A stretch of DNA of 11,528 bases from Candidatus Micrarchaeota archaeon (GTDB lineage Archaea > B1Sed10-29 > JAJSAI01): NCBI GenBank assembly GCA_964625085.1, contig CAZVAJ010000005.1, forward strand, positions 48,227 to 59,754. Direction: 5' to 3'. The notes below the pieces were generated by a model that had not been told where the DNA came from, did not search any database, and saw nothing but the letters and a program-made list of their open reading frames with translations. Position 1 is the stretch's first letter; every line of letters begins with the position of its first letter. Shown here one piece after another: positions 6,980-11,528 of this stretch. The position numbers and the translations under genes were made by a program.

Positions 6980-7738
6980 TTATGCTGCTAGGGAGTACAC
7001 TTCGAACTCACAGTATGGGTCTCCTTTTGCCCAGCACTTGGTTTCTTTCACGCTTATTGTTTCAGCTCCTTTGAATTCCGCGAATGCCCCTCTTAGTATT
7101 CCTCTCGTGAAATTGCAGACTTTCTTATTTATGTTCGGAGCGCCTGCTGCGAAAGGGCAGCCGTACACCTTGAAAACAATGTCCACAAGCTTTCTTTTTT
7201 CTCCTTCTTCTATTCTCCCAAACCCCTCTTTTTCCACGTATTCTTTAATCTCTTTCACGAGCATGGCCCTGTTCTTGGGGTTTTTTTGTTTTACAAGCTT
7301 TCTGCCCACTGTTTCTCCTGCTTGAGTCATTATCCTTTCCACTTGGAAGTCTTGTGATACCCGGTAGGCGGAGCTTATTATGCCTCTTACGACTTCTGAT
7401 GAGACAAGGCCTTTTCCTTCTATTGCGCTCGTGTCATAGTCCTCTGGATCGTCCTGTTTTCCTGTTTTCATCACTTTCTGAACGTCAACTTTTCCTCCTA
7501 TTTTCTGGATTATGCTGGATATCCTCATTGCATTAGAGAGCATTGCTTCTTGCAGTTCATTAAACGTTTTTCCAGGAACTGAGAGCCGGATTCTCCCGCT
7601 CTGGAATACGTGCACTTCCAGCTCGTCAACTTTTATTTCCAGGATGTTGCCCAGTATGTTTCCTCCTGCTTTTTTCTGGGCTTTTTTAAGGTCAATTGTT
7701 TTGCCAAGATGGTATGAAAAAGATTCTGCTTTTACCAT
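6980..7738 (-). CDS. V4R (4-vinyl reductase) domain protein with extra N-terminal domain
   Basis: AGETVGRKL...EGFGRI...CPF...VCNFTRGILRGAF...VKETKCWAKGDPYCEFEV is a clear V4R signature. Confidence 0.9.
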   Translation of the reverse strand: MVKAESFSYHLGKTIDLKKAQKKAGGNILGNILEIKVDELEVHVFQSGRIRLSVPGKTFNELQEAMLSNAMRISSIIQKIGGKVDVQKVMKTGKQDDPEDYDTSAIEGKGLVSSEVVRGIISSAYRVSQDFQVERIMTQAGETVGRKLVKQKNPKNRAMLVKEIKEYVEKEGFGRIEEGEKRKLVDIVFKVYGCPFAAGAPNINKKVCNFTRGILRGAFAEFKGAETISVKETKCWAKGDPYCEFEVYSLAA

Positions 7739-7739
7739 T

Positions 7740-8426
7740 CTACAGGACCTCTTCTTGCACTACCCTGAACCCGGACTTGGTTATCTGGAACGGGAACACG
7801 CTTGAACTGTGTTCTATGCCCCTCATTTTCAGGATTTCGAGCGCTCTGATCCGCTCATTTTTTCTCGGGATATTGTACAATGCTATTGTGCCGTCAACAA
7901 CAAACTCTTCTAATTCAGGCTGCATGTTTTCTCTGCTCAGGTAGTTTCTTTCAGCGGTCATGAGGGTTGTGCATTCCATGCTTCCAAGAAAGTCCAGGAG
8001 TTCAAACAAGTTTCTCCTGAACTCGAATTCTCTTTCAAAGTACATTTTTATCATGGTGACCGAGTCTATTAGTACTCGTCTTGTTTCCTTTTGGGTTATC
8101 TCTGCTTGTATTACATCATACAAGTGCTGCATGTTGTATTTTTGCACGGGTATTATTGACAGGAGTCCTTTCTTTTCAAGCTGGCTGAAATCCCATCCGA
8201 AGGTGTTTTTGATGTTCTGGACTATTCTTTTAGGCGTTTCCTCAAGAGTCAGGTACACTGTTCTTTCGCCTTCTTCTGTTCCTTTGTGCAGGAACTGCGC
8301 GCCGAACAGTGTTTTTCCGGTTCCTGGGCCTCCCATGACAAGAATGGAGTAATTCTTCGGGAGCCCTCCGTTAAGCATTTCATCCAGCCCTTTTATCCCT
8401 GTTGGAATCCTTTCCATTTTTACCAC
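7740..8426 (-). CDS. KaiC/RAD55-family (RecA superfamily) single-domain ATPase, motifs intact
   Basis: TGIKGLDEML.GG, GGPGTGKT, TLEE, VLIDS, EEFVVDG, LKMRG. Confidence 0.95.
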   Translation of the reverse strand: MVKMERIPTGIKGLDEMLNGGLPKNYSILVMGGPGTGKTLFGAQFLHKGTEEGERTVYLTLEETPKRIVQNIKNTFGWDFSQLEKKGLLSIIPVQKYNMQHLYDVIQAEITQKETRRVLIDSVTMIKMYFEREFEFRRNLFELLDFLGSMECTTLMTAERNYLSRENMQPELEEFVVDGTIALYNIPRKNERIRALEILKMRGIEHSSSVFPFQITKSGFRVVQEEVL

Positions 8427-8427
8427 C

Positions 8428-9162
8428 TCATAACAGGTACTCGTTAGAGTACACGCTTATGCCTTTTTCTCCGATTTGGTAGGGCCGGGTTGCCCTGTCA
8501 ATCTTTGACCCTCTCATCTTCAGTACGACCAGTCCCCGTTTTCTTTCTTCTCTTGTGGGAAAGTCAGCAAGCCGTATTACTGAATCTGCAAGGAACTCCT
8601 CGAACTCGAAAGGATCCTCAGCCGTCTTTTTTTCCATTATCACAACGGATGTCATCCCGTTATCTTTCAGGAACCTGAAAAGGCTTGCGAGGTGGGTCCT
8701 GCTTTCTCTTTCCCCGTCTGTCGAGTACTTCAGGACGCTTGCAGAATCTATGACTATCCTGGAGTAATTCCCGCTTTTAACATCTTCCTTAAGCGCGTTG
8801 TAGACATCTAAGACGCCTGCAGCTTCAGGAAGTTTGTACTTCTTGAGCGTGGCGGTTATTCCCTCAAGTTTCTCTTCCACAGGCGGTGTGATCTTAAACT
8901 GTTTTATTTTAAGCAGTTCTTGTTCAGCCAGCCCAAGTATGTCCCAGCCAAATCCTGAAACAAATCCTGCAACATCTTCTGCTTTTTCTTCAAGAGAAAT
9001 GTAAATTCCTTTTTCTCCTCTTTCAGCTCCCTTAACAAGATACTGCAGTCCAAGAATCGTTTTTCCTGTTCCTGGAGTGCCCGCGATTATGTTCACTGTT
9101 CCTGGAATGAATCCCCCTCCAGTAAGATCATCTAGTCCAGGTATGCCTGTAGTTATTCTCAT
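8428..9162 (-). CDS. KaiC/RAD55-family single-domain ATPase, motifs intact
   Basis: MRITTGIPGLDDL.GGG, GTPGTGKT, SLEE, IVIDS, EEFLADS, LKMRG. ATG 9162 is preferred over 9210. Confidence 0.95.
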   Translation of the reverse strand: MRITTGIPGLDDLTGGGFIPGTVNIIAGTPGTGKTILGLQYLVKGAERGEKGIYISLEEKAEDVAGFVSGFGWDILGLAEQELLKIKQFKITPPVEEKLEGITATLKKYKLPEAAGVLDVYNALKEDVKSGNYSRIVIDSASVLKYSTDGERESRTHLASLFRFLKDNGMTSVVIMEKKTAEDPFEFEEFLADSVIRLADFPTREERKRGLVVLKMRGSKIDRATRPYQIGEKGISVYSNEYLL

Positions 9163-9241
9163 GAGACTGTAAACAAGCACGTTGTTTATAATTTTTACTG
9201 CTCTGGACAAAGCTTAAATACTTTCTTTCTTTTTTAGGATT
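9163..9241. promoter_or_regulatory. Divergent promoter region of the KaiC cluster with an inverted repeat
   Basis: TATA-like ttataaac on the minus strand (~9191-9184) and ttaaata on the plus strand (9215-9221), each about 20 nt from its ATG. Inverted repeat taaacaa-N5-ttgttta at 9170-9188. Confidence 0.55.
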
Positions 9242-9562
9242 ATGAAAGCTGAGGAAAAGCAGGACCTGGTCTGCAGGTGCGATGCACGGCTTCCTGCCGC
9301 GAGATACGTTCTCGTGCTGGACGAGTCTGGCAGGACCATTTTTACGTTCGGAAGGCCAAGCAGGGCTGACAAGACCTTGATAAAGAGTTTGGTTGAGTGT
9401 GTTTCTCCAGACTTTGAGCAGTCAATTTTTTATTACACTGACAAGATTTTTATTGCCATGAGGCTGAGCAAAGGTTTCATTGTGTGTTCTCTTGACAAGA
9501 AGGCGAATATTGCGAGAAACCTGTTGAGGTTGAGGGAAATAGGTGAGTCTGTTTGGGGCTGA
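9242..9562 (+). CDS. Small protein, probably Roadblock/LC7 (MglB-like) or related profilin/longin fold
   Basis: 106 aa. YVLVLDESGRTI, then helix, three strands, and CSLDKKANIARNLLRLREI resemble the roadblock pattern. Confidence 0.6.
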   Translation: MKAEEKQDLVCRCDARLPAARYVLVLDESGRTIFTFGRPSRADKTLIKSLVECVSPDFEQSIFYYTDKIFIAMRLSKGFIVCSLDKKANIARNLLRLREIGESVWG

Positions 9563-10164
9563 CGACAGGCATTAAAGGATTGGACCGATTGCTGGAAGGG
9601 TATCCTGAAGGCCCTGTACTAGTAGAGTACGAGCATGGCTCAGGAGCTACTTTACTTGGCTTGACTTACTTGAAAGCAGGCTTGAGCGCAGGGGAGAAAG
9701 TTGCTTTAATCGCAGTTGACGTGCCTGAAAAAGCCTTGTTCAAAAGGCTCTTGACAGTAGGAGTGCAGGATGCCAGCACGCTTGACATAAAACGCATCAG
9801 CTCAAGCAGTCCCTTGAAGGCAATTTCTCTTCTTGGGAAACAAGTAAAGGCATTTGACAGGGTGTTGTTTGATTCTCTTGACCCATTACTGCTGTTCGAG
9901 CAGCATGACAAATACTCTCCTAAGTTCGGGGTGCTTGCGAACAAGCTTAAGAAGATAATGCTGAAGAACAGGTCCATGATGTTTTTGGCATCGTTCAATC
10001 CAGAGAACATGGAATTCTACGAATTTTTGGAGGAGGCATTTTCCGGAGTGCTCAGGCTTTCTTCATCCTCAGAAGGAAGACGTATGAGCGTGATAAAGTG
10101 GCCTTGGCAGCCGAGAGCTACCGTGATCGCGTACCATATCACAAGAGAGGGGATAAAATTATAG
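9553..10164 (+). CDS. Degenerate KaiC/RAD55-like protein (probable pseudo-ATPase)
   Basis: TTGIKGLDRLL and RVLFDS are retained. Walker A reads YEHGSGAT (no Lys), EE is lost, and KMR has become KWP. TTG start follows SD aggtga (9541-9546). Confidence 0.82.
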   Translation: MGLTTGIKGLDRLLEGYPEGPVLVEYEHGSGATLLGLTYLKAGLSAGEKVALIAVDVPEKALFKRLLTVGVQDASTLDIKRISSSSPLKAISLLGKQVKAFDRVLFDSLDPLLLFEQHDKYSPKFGVLANKLKKIMLKNRSMMFLASFNPENMEFYEFLEEAFSGVLRLSSSSEGRRMSVIKWPWQPRATVIAYHITREGIKL

Positions 10165-10877
10165 CAGTCGCTGAAGAAGGTGGCAGAAGAGAGGAAACAG
10201 GCGTCAGGGGACTTGACAAGAGAATGCAGGGAGGCGTGCCCTCCGGACATTCTGTTCTAGTGTCCGGTTCTGTTGGAGCAGGAAAGACCACGTTCGCAAG
10301 ACAGTTCGCTTACCAAGGACTGATAAAAGGAGAGCAAGTATTGTACGTTACTACCACAGAACTGCCAGACAGGGTGGTTGAGCAAATGACTGCCAGGGGA
10401 ATGGATGTTTCAAAGTACTCTGATAGCCTGACGTTCATTGACGCGTACTCCTGGAGAACAGGCGCGAAAAAAGGGAACAGGGTATTATCAAGCATTACGC
10501 GGTTGAACGAGCTTCTTATTCTAGTCCAAGAAGCTCTTGAAGACGCTCCTGGGCCAGGCAGGCTTGTGATAGATTCTGTTTCAGACCTGCTGCTGCACAA
10601 TGAGGAATCCTCTGTTTTCAAGTTTCTGCAGCTTGCATTGGGAAAAGCGTCTGAAAAGAGGTACACCTCGCTCGTGGTAGTAGAGGCAGGAATTCACTCC
10701 CAGCAGGTTTTGAACACTTTAGAATACCTGACTGACGGCACCATAGAAATGAAAATAGAAGGGGAGAAAAGGTTTCTCAGGATAAAAAGAATGATGGACA
10801 CTGTTCATCCTCTCACTTGGGTAGAGTACACAATAAAACAGAAGATGACCCTGGGCGTGGAAGAGTTCTTTGAGTAA
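10098..10877 (+). CDS. KaiC/RAD55-family ATPase-domain protein (start uncertain)
   Basis: TGVRGLDKRMQGG, GSVGAGKT, FIDAYS, LVIDS, LEYLTDG. The start could be GTG 10098, TTG 10104 or a non-canonical codon near 10158-10161. Confidence 0.92.
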   Translation: MALAAESYRDRVPYHKRGDKIIAVAEEGGRREETGVRGLDKRMQGGVPSGHSVLVSGSVGAGKTTFARQFAYQGLIKGEQVLYVTTTELPDRVVEQMTARGMDVSKYSDSLTFIDAYSWRTGAKKGNRVLSSITRLNELLILVQEALEDAPGPGRLVIDSVSDLLLHNEESSVFKFLQLALGKASEKRYTSLVVVEAGIHSQQVLNTLEYLTDGTIEMKIEGEKRFLRIKRMMDTVHPLTWVEYTIKQKMTLGVEEFFE

Positions 10878-10922
10878 CATTTAAATACACGCAGGGCATT
10901 CTGAATAACGGAGGTCCTCAGC

Positions 10923-11528
10923 TTGCTCAGGGTGAAAACATACATAAAAGGTTTTGATACTCTAATAGAGGGAGGGTTCCCTCCTGGAAGCGTGGTCCTG
11001 CTTGCGGGCGGGCCTGGTACAGGCAAGACCACTTTCTCCTTGGAGTACTTGTACAGAGGAGCAATGCATGGAGAAAGGGGTTTGTACGTTGGAACAGAAC
11101 AAGGTCTTGACGCGCTTAAGAGACAGGCAAGAAGGTACGGGTGGAAACTGGACGACTTAGTGACAACAGGACTCCTGGAATTCGCGTTCTTGAGCTTCAC
11201 GAGCGGCAAGTGCAAGATAACCGAGCTAGAGAAAACTCTTAAGAAGTACAAGCCAAAAAGACTGGTCATAGACTCTGTGACCACGTTCCTTGACTCTTAC
11301 ACAGGATCAGTACAGCCAGTGATAACGCCCAGAAAAGAAGAGAGAGAGAAGAAAGTGAGGTACACGAGGATGGAGGACACAGGAGTCCACTACAGGGACA
11401 AGATACTCGTGATACCGTTAACAGAGTACGGGGTCAAGAAAACAATAGTCTACGACCTCATCAACACCTTGAAAAAATACGACGTGACAACCGTGATGAC
11501 CAGCGAGTCTCCTGAAAAAGGAGAGTAC
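10923..11528 (+). CDS. KaiC/RAD55-family ATPase, 3'-truncated by the window (absent from the ORF track)
   Basis: Manual translation gives MLRVKTYIKGFDTLIEGGFPPGSVVLLAGGPGTGKT...VGTEQ...RLVIDS...TTVMTSE, open to the window end. TTG start lies 7 nt after SD ggaggt (10910-10915). Confidence 0.93.
   Translation, partial: MLRVKTYIKGFDTLIEGGFPPGSVVLLAGGPGTGKTTFSLEYLYRGAMHGERGLYVGTEQGLDALKRQARRYGWKLDDLVTTGLLEFAFLSFTSGKCKITELEKTLKKYKPKRLVIDSVTTFLDSYTGSVQPVITPRKEEREKKVRYTRMEDTGVHYRDKILVIPLTEYGVKKTIVYDLINTLKKYDVTTVMTSESPEKGEY

Noticed and set aside
7740..9162. A split or frameshifted double-domain KaiC
   Set aside because: Each gene is a complete domain with its own start (SD-like gaggtg before 8426), and both are CI-like.
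10059..10070. 12-bp reverse-complement match (ttcttcatcctc) to 791-802
   Set aside because: Short, inside a Ser-run coding stretch, and plausibly chance.
10805..11284. 159-aa minus-strand ORF
   Set aside because: Antisense to the clear plus-strand KaiC gene starting at 10923.
7740..11528. Circadian clock (kaiABC) or RadA/RadB recombinase annotation
   Set aside because: Single-domain proteins with no ST phosphosites, no KaiA/KaiB in the window and no RadA N-terminal domain.

Overview
Archaeal genomic DNA. TATA-type promoters, dph5, the tRNA-intron endonuclease, an archaeal-type TrpRS and an OB-fold SSB support this. A DPANN-like lineage is my impression, not a proven assignment. Left end: an AT-rich wHTH + RelE/ParE-like toxin-antitoxin pair bracketed by an exact 32-bp direct repeat (24-55 / 793-824). 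Middle: ssb; a SAM methyltransferase-cupin-dph5 operon; a DUF59/SufT-like Fe-S factor; endA; and trpS carrying a four-Cys cluster motif. Right half: a divergent cluster with five single-domain KaiC/RAD55-family ATPase paralogs of graded catalytic integrity (the fifth is missing from the ORF track and runs off the window). The cluster also has a Roadblock/LC7-like protein and a V4R protein with an apparently TBP-like N-terminal domain. Downstream on the minus arm lie an AbrB+wHTH protein, a USP-like protein and a PLD-family nuclease lipoprotein. All family calls are by eye from motifs; no searches were run.
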